Assembly (NCBI GenBank): GCA_977016875.1
Contig: CDRNST010000035.1
Location: 1,612,001 to 1,676,000, forward strand
DNA from: Pavona decussata
Taxonomy: Eukaryota
DNA length: 64,000 nt
Reading direction: 5' to 3'
Below are positions 50,524 through 60,000 of this stretch, one piece after another. The notes under the pieces are model-generated. The model was not told where the DNA came from. It was given only the letters and a program-made list of their open reading frames with translations, and searched no databases. The position numbers and the translations under genes are program-made. Within the stretch, counting starts at the first letter, position 1. Each line of letters begins with the position of its first letter.

Positions 50524-50835
50524 TGCACTGAAAGACAACAACGAGTACTATGGACAGTACATTCCACGCTAAGTCATCTTCTTTCCAATGATTTTTTATT
50601 AGTGGTGATTGGAAATCGTTTATTCTTAACCATGATGGACCATATCATTACCAATACATTTGTTGATCCCTCCATATCAGAAGAATTAAGTCTCTTGTAC
50701 CAAGAACTTCATGTCGATGAAATCGAAGGATATTTTATCCTTTTAAAAAAATCGATAGGTGGTCTTCGTACCTACGGCACTGTCTTAGACTTTAGAGCAG
50801 ACGATTTTACCGGAACACCTTTTGTTTTTTCTTAG
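50524..50835 (+). CDS. Variable terminal exon V1 (CTERQQRVLW...GTPFVFS*)
   Basis: Acceptor TATTTTATTTTTTTCAG| at 50523; open in phase 0 to TAG. Confidence 0.7.
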   Translation, partial: CTERQQRVLWTVHSTLSHLLSNDFLLVVIGNRLFLTMMDHIITNTFVDPSISEELSLLYQELHVDEIEGYFILLKKSIGGLRTYGTVLDFRADDFTGTPFVFS

Positions 50836-51126
50836 CTTTCAAGGGAGGATCCTGATGGAAATTGGATATATCTTAGAGACCTTCATAGACATCTTAATGG
50901 AGAAGATCTTTACTCCAGCAAAGATAGTGATGATGATGATGATTTGTATATCGATGACATCAATATCGATGTCGTAAGATATCGATATAGAACTATTAAA
51001 AAATATAGTTACATCTTCATATATCGTACAATGAATAATCCAAGACGAATAAGACTTTTTAAATGGCCGTTACTTGATTCTTCACCTCCACATATTTCCA
51101 TTCATGTTGACATTTCATACGTTTAA
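50836..51126 (+). CDS. Variable terminal exon V2 (LSREDPDGNWIYLRDLHRHL...)
   Basis: Acceptor TTTGTTTTTTCTTAG| is also the V1 stop codon; phase 0. Confidence 0.7.
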   Translation, partial: LSREDPDGNWIYLRDLHRHLNGEDLYSSKDSDDDDDLYIDDINIDVVRYRYRTIKKYSYIFIYRTMNNPRRIRLFKWPLLDSSPPHISIHVDISYV

Positions 51127-51138
51127 TTTAATTTTTAG

Positions 51139-51441
51139 CTTGAAGAAACCTTTCCAGAAGAAAATTGGAGATATGTTCGATACTTGAAAGAACACCTTGA
51201 TCGTGAAAATCATTACTTGGTGATAGATAAAATAAGTTATGTTTACAATGCTTACTATAGATCTAGTTGTATATGGATAATAGATACCTCTTCAAGAGAT
51301 ATTCTTTTTTGCTTAAATAGCGACCTTTTTACTTTTACTGATGCCTTTCCTCGCATCACCATGCTTGTCTATATCCATGAAAGCCATCCAATCGAACCAA
51401 ATTTTAATTTTAACGTAGACTATGGCATCGGATCATTTTAG
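51139..51441 (+). CDS. Variable terminal exon V3 (LEETFPEENWRYVRYLKEHL...)
   Basis: Acceptor TTTAATTTTTAG|; phase 0; N-terminus similar to V2. Confidence 0.7.
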   Translation, partial: LEETFPEENWRYVRYLKEHLDRENHYLVIDKISYVYNAYYRSSCIWIIDTSSRDILFCLNSDLFTFTDAFPRITMLVYIHESHPIEPNFNFNVDYGIGSF

Positions 51442-51455
51442 TTTTTTCTTTTTAG

Positions 51456-51782
51456 GTCTTTTCATTTTGGTCTGGTCCAATTTATCCTAGAGGAATGGAT
51501 ATAAGTCACTTCACTTGGGAACGTCAATTCATCACTACACAATTAGCATATCAACGTAATACATATAATAATACAAATACTAGAAGCGTTCAATTCACAC
51601 TAGATATGCCTTTTCCTTTATTTTCCTAGCCACCTTATCAAGTTGTTATTTGCGTATTTCAAATGAGACGTGAATTAATCATCACCGCAAGAATAGATAC
51701 AAGACCCAAGTACATACTCATATTAGATACCAAACGACTTTTTTCCATTTTTTCTTTTTTACTAGCTACCTTTCATATTTGA
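51456..51782 (+). CDS. Variable terminal exon(s) V4 (51456-51629) and V5 (51630-51782), or one exon with a nonsense codon
   Basis: Acceptor TTTTTTCTTTTTAG|GTC; the in-frame TAG at 51627-51629 is preceded by CCTTTTCCTTTATTTTCC, so it is also an acceptor candidate. Confidence 0.5.
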
Positions 51783-52191
51783 AGGGCGTCACAGATTTGA
51801 AGCATGGAGTCCAATAGGAATAGCAAGATCACTTATCAGACAATATAATAAACAACAAGCACCCCCTTTTGTAGATCATTATCGGTGTGGAGTAAGAGTC
51901 CGTCATCTAAGTGAAGAATATGAAACTCTTAATGAAACTCTAATGGATTTGTGGAATCGAGCTCCACCATTTTGGTATAGGTATACATCGATATGTATTG
52001 AAATCACTGTCAGAGGTCATAGGTGTATCTTGCCATTCATCCTTGAAGATGTCAAAACATTCATGGCAGTCTTCATACCTAATTACAAATTTTTAGTTAA
52101 TTTATTTTACTATACCGAGGGTGTACCTTGCACCGGTAACTGTTTTCAACATTCTAAAAGACTTTACTTTATTACTTGTTATGTCCACTAG
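51766..52191 (+). CDS. Variable terminal exon V6 (LPFIFEGRH...)
   Basis: Acceptor TTTTTTCTTTTTTACTAG|; phase 0; open for 141 codons. Confidence 0.72.
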   Translation, partial: LPFIFEGRHRFEAWSPIGIARSLIRQYNKQQAPPFVDHYRCGVRVRHLSEEYETLNETLMDLWNRAPPFWYRYTSICIEITVRGHRCILPFILEDVKTFMAVFIPNYKFLVNLFYYTEGVPCTGNCFQHSKRLYFITCYVH

Positions 52192-52653
52192 TTTCCCTTC
52201 GTCTTTGGAAGAGAAGAAGATGCCTTGACTCCAAATTACATCATAAGTTCTCTCATTGAACTATACGAAGATCACATTACTGTAGAACCCAATTATGAAG
52301 AATATGGGGGTATTGACTTGCACTGTATAAATCAAGATGGAGATCTATTTTATTGGACTTTTAATCATAGAGATAGATGGATAAGAACGTCAGAATGCAT
52401 GCATATGGAAATTGATGGTCATTTTTGTTACACGCATGATATAGCTTATGATTTAAAAGCATTCATGGGATTTCTTATTCCCACTTATTCATTTTACATT
52501 TATTTAGACTACAGCATTTCACAAGCTTATTACCAAGGTCGATGTACAGCTAGATTCACTACACATACCCAAAACTGTACTCAGTGTCATCCTGGGAAAC
52601 GTGAATACACCCTCGCTCATCTATCGTTTCGTTCTCCTTTGTCTCCATTTTAG
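52192..52653 (+). CDS. Variable terminal exon V7 (FPFVFGREEDALTP...)
   Basis: The acceptor TAG is the V6 stop; paralogous to V6 and V8. Confidence 0.72.
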   Translation, partial: FPFVFGREEDALTPNYIISSLIELYEDHITVEPNYEEYGGIDLHCINQDGDLFYWTFNHRDRWIRTSECMHMEIDGHFCYTHDIAYDLKAFMGFLIPTYSFYIYLDYSISQAYYQGRCTARFTTHTQNCTQCHPGKREYTLAHLSFRSPLSPF

Positions 52654-53058
52654 TTTCCGTTTAAATTCTGGATTCAAAGCAGACATCGAAGCTTGACACC
52701 TGAATCCTTCATTCAACGACTCATTGAAGATGTCGATCACCCCTATACTATACGACATGAATGTGATATCAACCTATACCACGAAGTAGTAATCAATTCA
52801 ACTCAATCTAACGAACGATTTATAGAACGACGACCATTAGTTCGACAATTGGTTCGACAATTCACGCTCGACATAAAAATCAAAGGGTATCTCTGTCACT
52901 TGCCATACATTTTAAATGATATGGAACAATTCCTTTCGTTTCTCATTCCAAACAATTGTTATTATTGTTATTTATGTTTTGAAACGGATTTTGATGATGT
53001 AGAAGAAGCGCAGGACTATCAATATAGACCCTACGTCATTGATTTTTTTCAATATTAA
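52654..53058 (+). CDS. Variable terminal exon V8 (FPFKFWIQSRHRSLTP...)
   Basis: Acceptor TCTCCTTTGTCTCCATTTTAG| is the V7 stop; paralogous to V6 and V7. Confidence 0.72.
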   Translation, partial: FPFKFWIQSRHRSLTPESFIQRLIEDVDHPYTIRHECDINLYHEVVINSTQSNERFIERRPLVRQLVRQFTLDIKIKGYLCHLPYILNDMEQFLSFLIPNNCYYCYLCFETDFDDVEEAQDYQYRPYVIDFFQY

Positions 53059-53068
53059 TTTTTTTCAG

Positions 53069-53581
53069 CATCACATCCAATTTGATGTCAATGATGAATG
53101 CGATGACTTTAACTCCACTCAATCTCAATTTCCGATTCTATTTGGACAAAACAGAAGAATCAGACAAAATGTCTTTGCATTTACAAGAAGATTATATGAA
53201 GATTATCAGCAATCCATTTATCAAGCTCATTATTGGCCTGTGGGTATTGCTAAATTTTTCAGAACAAGGCATAACCTTCTATGTCAGTCGTTTGGATGGC
53301 ACCGACGAGGACATCGAACCGCATTAAGTCAAATAGCTATATCTATCTATATAGATTACAAAGATTGTAAAGAAGAGCAGACCGTCTATAATGATGTGAT
53401 GCATTTTCTAGATTATCTCTTAGGAGGCAATCAATACTATTATGCAGAAATTTGGGTACGTCCACTTCTATGTCAAAATGACAGGTTCAATCCAAATGAT
53501 AGGTTCAATCCATGTGCATGGCATAGGAATAGTATTATCAAAAATTATTCCATTCTTTCTGGTAATGATTTTTCTAATTAA
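53069..53581 (+). CDS. Variable terminal exon V9 (HHIQFDVNDEC...QFPILFG...)
   Basis: Acceptor AATTTTTTTCAG|; phase 0; contains ISIYID...VYNDVMHFLDYLL like the other cassettes. Confidence 0.7.
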   Translation, partial: HHIQFDVNDECDDFNSTQSQFPILFGQNRRIRQNVFAFTRRLYEDYQQSIYQAHYWPVGIAKFFRTRHNLLCQSFGWHRRGHRTALSQIAISIYIDYKDCKEEQTVYNDVMHFLDYLLGGNQYYYAEIWVRPLLCQNDRFNPNDRFNPCAWHRNSIIKNYSILSGNDFSN

Positions 53582-53598
53582 GGCCTTTGTCTTTTCAG

Positions 53599-54069
53599 AC
53601 GGTTAAAATTCAAGAACTTGAACTTATTTATCATACCTGTATCCGGTTGGATATTTTTATCGAGGCCATGGAACGATTGTTTTTTTCAGGATTATGAAAT
53701 ATTGACTGATATCCAAGAAGTTTGCCATATCTTACGCCTGTTTGATCATGTCTATGATGAATACTTGATTGGGCATCACGAGGATATTACAGAAATCGAA
53801 CTTTACATAAGTGTCACATGTAATCGCATCAGATTTCCTTCAAGAAATGATACAAGACCTATTGGATAAGTCGTTTCCTCCGCGAAATCAAATCACTCCT
53901 CAATTTTGCATTGATTCCAAGAAGACGTATTCCCATTCGATTTTGCTTTCTCATATACGGACACGATCCTAGACGCATGAGTCTTTTCAATATCAATGGA
54001 TTGATTGCCTGGTTGAATCAACACATCTTATTGTATTACCAAAACAACGCTTGGCATCACCTTACATAA
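53599..54069 (+). pseudogene. Variable exons V10 (53599-53697, short) and V11 (53690-53869, frameshifted continuation to 54069)
   Basis: Acceptors CTTTGTCTTTTCAG| and TGTTTTTTTCAG|. An alternate frame after ~53850 reads WISRFLREIKSLLNFALIP, which resembles the family motif. Confidence 0.5.
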
Positions 54070-54086
54070 CTTTTTTCTTTTTTTAG

Positions 54087-54404
54087 GTTTTTCCCTTCAA
54101 ACTATATGCAAGCAATGTGCAGACAACTATACGTAGACTCGTTGACTTTATAAATAGCGACCACACTATTTTCACTTGGGATTTCCGTATTTCCGTCGTT
54201 CCAACTTCTTATTTGATTTCTATATCCTGTGATATAGCCGGTCCAAAAAATAGGCGATCAAACATTGATGAAGACATGTGGTGTTTCTTTCGATATTTAA
54301 TAACGCATGAAAACGTTACCATTCATTTTCATTGCAACCGTTACTTTGGTCTTGAACACGAACACGGTTTCGTATTAGCTAACCATGAGTTCAGTGACAT
54401 GTAA
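54087..54404 (+). CDS. Variable terminal exon V12 (VFPFKLYASNVQTTIRRLV...)
   Basis: Acceptor TTTTTTCTTTTTTTAG|; phase 0; FPFK start and ISCDIAG...IDEDMWCFFRYLI. Confidence 0.72.
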   Translation, partial: VFPFKLYASNVQTTIRRLVDFINSDHTIFTWDFRISVVPTSYLISISCDIAGPKNRRSNIDEDMWCFFRYLITHENVTIHFHCNRYFGLEHEHGFVLANHEFSDM

Positions 54405-54426
54405 TAAAAATGAACTTGTCTTTCAG

Positions 54427-54729
54427 TTCAATTTCAGATTTTGTGGAACGCATCATGCAGTATGCATCATCAACCATTTAGCTGCCGAAATGGAATCGAT
54501 ACACTACTGGTTACCTCATACCAGCGAAAATCCCATGCTTTTTACTGTGCATTTATACATTCACGGTCCCAGAGATGGTACTGTAAGACAAGCTCATTCC
54601 CACATGCAAGAATTCATGCATTTTCTTGATGCTGTTGATCAATTCAATATATCGATCAATTACTTTTATACAGATTCGTTTACTTACCATGTTGTAGAAT
54701 CTAGTCTTAATATTGAATACCAATTTTGA
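54427..54729 (+). CDS. Variable terminal exon V13 (FNFRFCGTHH...)
   Basis: Acceptor CTTGTCTTTCAG|; phase 0; VHLYIHG...HMQEFMHFL; AATAAA at 54769-54774. Confidence 0.7.
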   Translation, partial: FNFRFCGTHHAVCIINHLAAEMESIHYWLPHTSENPMLFTVHLYIHGPRDGTVRQAHSHMQEFMHFLDAVDQFNISINYFYTDSFTYHVVESSLNIEYQF

Positions 54730-54820
54730 ATACCGTTTTTTGTAAACTTTTTTGATTGTTATTGTTGGAATAAAAAAAAGACATAAATACCACCACCTGT
54801 GTTGTTGTGTCATTTTAATC

Positions 54821-55772
54821 ATGAGTATCTACGTCACGCTATTGAGCCCCAAAGGATCTCCCAACAAATTTACGGCCAAACTCCCCTACTTCCTCTACTT
54901 GACCGAAAAAGACTGGGAAGTAGCTCTGGTGAAACTAGCTCACCCCGTCATCGAAGATATCTTTTGGACCAGTAATGAGGCGCGTCGCAACACCTTCTCC
55001 TTCCAATTCAGTAATGGTGTCACCACCAAAACCAAAAAGCTGCGACTGTCCTCTCGAAAAATAGACAACTTCAAACAACTATGGACAAATCTGGCTTTTG
55101 AAATAGAAAAAGTCACTGGAGAAGAACTAACAAAACAAGCCACCTTGGACCCCTACGATGACACAGCAGCGAAAAATCTGCTCACCTTACCCAGCTTGAA
55201 AATCACCAATGGGCCCTTTCTTAGACAGTGTTGTTATTCACGTCCCCAAAAATAATATCTTGAGCATGAGTCGAACCTTTGCAGGAAAAGCCAACATTGT
55301 CACCAGTGATGGAAAAGTTGGAAAAAACCTCGCCGTCATAAATACCGCTGAGTCTTCCATCGATAACCTCGTCACGATCACTTCAGGAAAAGTCGATCTT
55401 GGTAGTACCAATACAGACGCCCAATTTTTAATTGGACCCAATATGTCCACAGATCTTGGACAGACACCTCTAGAACATGAAACCAACAAACGCATCTTTC
55501 TCATGTCAGACATTGTGCAACCTCAAATCGTGGGTGATACAACCAAAGGATTGTTGCGAGAATTCTTCATCTTCAACACCGCTTCAACGCATTATTTTGA
55601 ACCGGATCACCTCATTCATCATTCTGTCAGAAAAACTGTGTTTGACACCATCGACATTGAACTGAATGATGATCAATTCAAGGTAGTTGACTTTCATCAT
55701 TCTCATGACAAGGAACTGGTGACATCTGTCACGTTATGGTTCTCAAGACGATCCTTACGACATGTCAATTGA
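54821..55772 (+). pseudogene. Second, divergent penton/minor capsid-like gene, frameshifted near 55200-55220
   Basis: MSIYVTLLS...NKFTAKLP...DWEVALVKLAHP and IFLMSDIVQPQIVGD...LLREF...FEP...VRKTVFDTIDIEL...VDF...VTLWF parallel copy 1. Confidence 0.8.
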
Positions 55773-55826
55773 ACCATTAAAAAGAGTGTTGAGCGTACAG
55801 CGTTGATCACATCTGCTCTGCTATCC

Positions 55827-56084
55827 ATGACTCAAGAAACGTTGCAATCGTTGGTGGGATTGATACAAGAAGCCAACGCCAAGTACAACGCCCTAGAAGA
55901 ACAGCACAAGGACTTGCAAATACGCTATAATAGAATCAACCAAGAACTCACTCATCTGAAATTTTCCCTTTCGTGCGAAAAATGCTGTGAGAGAGAAGGA
56001 GAAATTTGTAGACTGTGCTCTATCAAGTTTGAGAAACTATTGGACCTCTTGCAAATATTGGACAGCTTATGGAAAAAGCAGTAG
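55827..56084 (+). CDS. Small coiled-coil plus CxxC...CxxC protein
   Basis: Heptad-like YNALEEQHKDLQIRYNRINQEL followed by CEKC...CRLC. Confidence 0.55.
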   Translation: MTQETLQSLVGLIQEANAKYNALEEQHKDLQIRYNRINQELTHLKFSLSCEKCCEREGEICRLCSIKFEKLLDLLQILDSLWKKQ

Positions 56085-56827
56085 AAGAAGCAGTCTGTAT
56101 GTGGGGATACAGACTTCTGCCCGAACTTCAACACTTCATCATCAACCACGATTCATTCAATCATCTCGTTCTTCAACAAGTATACACATGTATGAAGGAT
56201 GATGATGATCTCTATGGCTTCATCCTCGACCACTCCAATCCTTTCAACGAAGACGAACTTCGAAGAAAAGCCGCCAAGATCCTGCTCTTGCACAATCAAT
56301 ATCACCACTTCAATAGCGTCTTCAATAGCACTTCACCGCTTGAAAAACCCACACCCTGCAAAGTGTACCCAGACTTTAAAGTCTTGGACATTACAACCAT
56401 TGAACAATGCCGACTGGATACCGAATGTGACCTCATCAGTATCTCCAAAGGGGACAATAACAAAGTCCTCCCTTTGACCGTAGACACGCACAGCTACATG
56501 AACGTGTGGTGTTATGCTCATTTCAATCCTGTACCATTTCCCAGCAATAGTCTCTTCTGCCTCACCCTGGCAGCCACCATACAACAGGAAGCTATTCGCT
56601 CAGAAAAGATATTGAAAGAACTAGAAGAAGACCATTGGGAAGAACAGCACGGTGACGATGCTGAAGAACTACTCTTTCAAGTGGATAAAGAAACCCTTGC
56701 CAAGTTTTCTCCACAGTGGTGGAAGAAACAATTCCCACATGGCATTCGAAAATTCCTCAACAAACGATCCGAAAGAAGAAAAAAACATCTTGAAGAAAAA
56801 CTGAGTGACTTGAAAATTGTACCTTAA
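56069..56827 (+). CDS. Polinton hypothetical protein (252 aa)
   Basis: ATG-initiated long ORF ending just inside the right TIR boundary region; no recognised motif. Confidence 0.65.
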   Translation: MEKAVEEAVCMWGYRLLPELQHFIINHDSFNHLVLQQVYTCMKDDDDLYGFILDHSNPFNEDELRRKAAKILLLHNQYHHFNSVFNSTSPLEKPTPCKVYPDFKVLDITTIEQCRLDTECDLISISKGDNNKVLPLTVDTHSYMNVWCYAHFNPVPFPSNSLFCLTLAATIQQEAIRSEKILKELEEDHWEEQHGDDAEELLFQVDKETLAKFSPQWWKKQFPHGIRKFLNKRSERRKKHLEEKLSDLKIVP

Positions 56828-56909
56828 AAAATGTTGATCATTAAAAACTTGTTGACTCAGTGTATTACTCTTGTTACTCTTGTTACCCTTATTACCCTCT
56901 GGAGAGAAA

Positions 56910-57079
56910 TTTTTTTTAAAAGGCCAATGGTGTACTGACCCTACCCTGGAGAGTGGCATACATTAGCCTACATTAGCATAAATTAAAAAACTGTGACGTC
57001 ATCAGAATGGAATGTGCACGTGACCCAAATACTCGACGCTGATTGGCTATGACCTATATCCGCTCCCCTTACTACTACT
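56910..57079 (-). repeat. Right terminal inverted repeat
   Basis: Ends ...CCCCTTACTACTACT, followed by the TSD GCTTTC. Confidence 0.95.
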
Positions 57080-60000
57080 GCTTTCTTAATCAGTCGCATT
57101 TTTTATTTACTGGACAAATGTAATTAAGTGAAATACATCAAATTCGCACATTTAATCAATGCGACAATCTATCACTTATTAGGAAACTTTAGTAACGACG
57201 ACAGCGACGGCAGCAATTAAATGAATTCACGTTTTTTCAAACGTTGTAGCGATTATTCCAACTCACTTTAAATTTCAAATGAAATTTCCTGAGTTGTATT
57301 CTTGGAGACCGCACCCAAGTTAAGAAAGGGAAAGAAAAATTCCTCGCTGTGTGTTTAAGTCCTCCATGAAGCGTCCCATTAGGGAATTTCACGTCCTAGT
57401 CGTACAGTGACGGCAAAGAAATCTACCACGTGCAATAGCACTCGAAATGTCAGCTTTTCTTTTGTCTGTTCACGGTGGTCAATTTAACGGCTTATCATCC
57501 CAGGTCATAAAAACATTGATTTTCACTTGATCCCCTATCGATAGAAAATATTTCCTTTAATACTTCAAGAAAGTGCTGTCGTATTTTCGTGTTGTGTGCA
57601 TTCTGTATTCTAAGCAGAATATAAGAGAAGGTAAAGAAACTAAAGCACCGTCCAGAGAAACCGTACTCGCGGAGGGTCTTAGCTTATTTATCCAGGCTGT
57701 ATTAATCCAGCATTACTTAAGTTCCTTGCAAAAAGAACTTAAAAGGGATCACCTAGACTAGATACAGGTTTGTGCGAAAAAAAAAATTAGGGGAACTAAC
57801 TCCAATCCTCGTTAGCCCAGGAGGAAAAAACGTTTCACTATCTCTCTGGGAAAAGTCTTACCTCAACCGGAGCAGTTGAAGATCCAACCCAAGGCCACCG
57901 ATTTTTTCCGATACAACGAAAATCTTACAAGAGGACGATTATTTCTCCAGATATGTTTTTTCCATTGTTGGAAGAGATTATGGGGTATTGTTGGAAGAGA
58001 TTATGGGGTAAACATCTTTTGTTTAGCATCCATCCGTTGTTTTGTATAATAAACTTGGATGTGAGTGAATACTAAGGTGACAACGTGCATGGAGGATGTA
58101 TTTTCAAAAAGGTTAGTCACCTAGCAACAAGAATCTTTCTAAAAACCACAGACTAGTCTCCTTAATCAGGCAGTACAGCATTATATTTGAGCCGCTTATT
58201 TATGAGGTAACATTAGGTAAGGATTAAGGATAATGTTGCTCAAATAATAAAATGAGCAACCATGTGTAACGTCTGGAGTCTTATAATGAGCTCATTAATT
58301 CAAACCTTCATCCCTCCCCCCGGAGAAACCCCGAGCATTTGACCATTTCTCGTGCCCGAGGAGAAGGGCACTGATTTGACGCGAGAAGCCTTCCAGAGGG
58401 TAGGTGGGTGATTTGAACTTTAGCTGGGTGGGGTGGGGTGGGGTGGGGAATTTGAACCTGAATCTCAAGTTGACATCTTTCTGTGGCTTATTCTGCGAAA
58501 TACACGTGGTTCCTGATCCATGGACAAGTTGGAGGGAAAATTGTCGCTTTTTCAGTGATTGGCTCACCAAAAAGGGAATCCCCAATCTTTGCAGTGTTTT
58601 AGAAGGTGTGTATAAAAACCAGAATGATTGATTTGCAGATGTTCGAATTCAAATAAATTCTCTCTTAATGAGTGCAATATATGTACCACAGTTAAGAATG
58701 AAAATGAACCAGTTTCCGATCAATAAAACAGTGTATACCCCAAACTGGAATGTTTGGTTTTGGGGAGGAGCGTTTGATCTTCCAATTCAGTGCTAGGGAA
58801 GGGCATTTGAACGGCTTTTTGGCCCCGCGAGATAAGAATTTAAACAATTAAACCAACCGTCAAAAGTTCGAATTTATAGCTAGGGGATGTTGAATCTTCA
58901 AACTGATCGGCGTATGGCTGAGTGCTCTTGAGTATACAGTTTCTCAAACAAACAACAAATCAGCTCACTTGAGTTGCCTCTTATTTCATCCTTCGCTCTG
59001 TGCTTTTACATGGGATAAAGTGATTGACGGCTTGTAATGAAATTTAGGTTTAACATAAAGCACTCAACAGCCAGATAGACGAACGTTTCACGTTGTAACA
59101 GACGAAGGTCTTAGACCGACTATTAGACAAAAAAGCCGCTGCGCTTAATTCCAAATCGACTCAGGTTGATGTCCTTCAACAACGATGCGCAACTTTATCT
59201 GCGAGTTTCCTCTAGCTTGAAAACAAAAATGGATTTTTTCCTCGTAAATTATAAACTTTTCCGAGACATTTTTTGGTACAAATCATTTCATTCAGCTCCC
59301 ATTAGGAGATATCGCAGCCTCTGTAATCGTGAAGCAAATCACCGGTATAGATGTTTAATACCTGCTTTTCTTTCGAATATGAAATGAACTTCAGTTTGTA
59401 AAGGCGCGAAAGGTAATATCCGCCCGTAAGAATTTCCTTCATTTGCTAAGCATACACAAGTGCGGAAATTGAGCTGTGGAAATACTATTAAATTGGCTGC
59501 GGGCCCTAAAAGCTTTTGAGTAATGCCTTACACTTGAAAAACTCAGACCCTTTAGTGTCTCGAAAACTCGGGTCGATTTACGCAATTTGACAAAGGACTG
59601 AAATAATGGGTGGACGGACAAAAATCGGTCCGATTTATAACCTCTTTGGCAATACTATAGATTTTCGGAACCTGGCCGTTATTCTTCCTGCGTCTCACCA
59701 AAAAAACAAAACAACAACAACAACAACAACAAAAATCGGCCGACAAACAGTGACTTGTCAGTCGTTACGCTTTCAAAGCATCAACCCACAGTCCATGCAC
59801 TGAGGAAAAGATAAGGCTGGACATTCAGCTCACACATTATGCTTTGCGACCCTAACACAGCTAATAAGCAAATAGAAAGCCTCGGACATGCCATTATCAT
59901 GCAGCAAGTATATTTGCGAATATGGGTAAGATACAAAATGATCTGGCCTACACTTCCGCAGAGACTGTACACACCATAGCTGCTCGACTCGCTTTCCAGA

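Larger units (their letters stand above)
31760..57079. mobile_element. Full-length Maverick/Polinton (adintovirus-like endogenous dsDNA virus)
   Basis: TIRs with AGTAGT...ACTACT termini; 6-bp TSD GCTTTC at 31754-31759 and 57080-57085; encodes pPolB, rve integrase, ATPase, protease, and major and minor capsid proteins. Confidence 0.97.

Noticed and set aside
50524-54729. Reading the array as independent small genes or as one decayed long ORF
   Set aside because: The cassettes lack 5' ATGs and obvious promoters, homology restarts at each acceptor, and acceptors precede every open frame in the same phase. Not fully excluded without RNA data.
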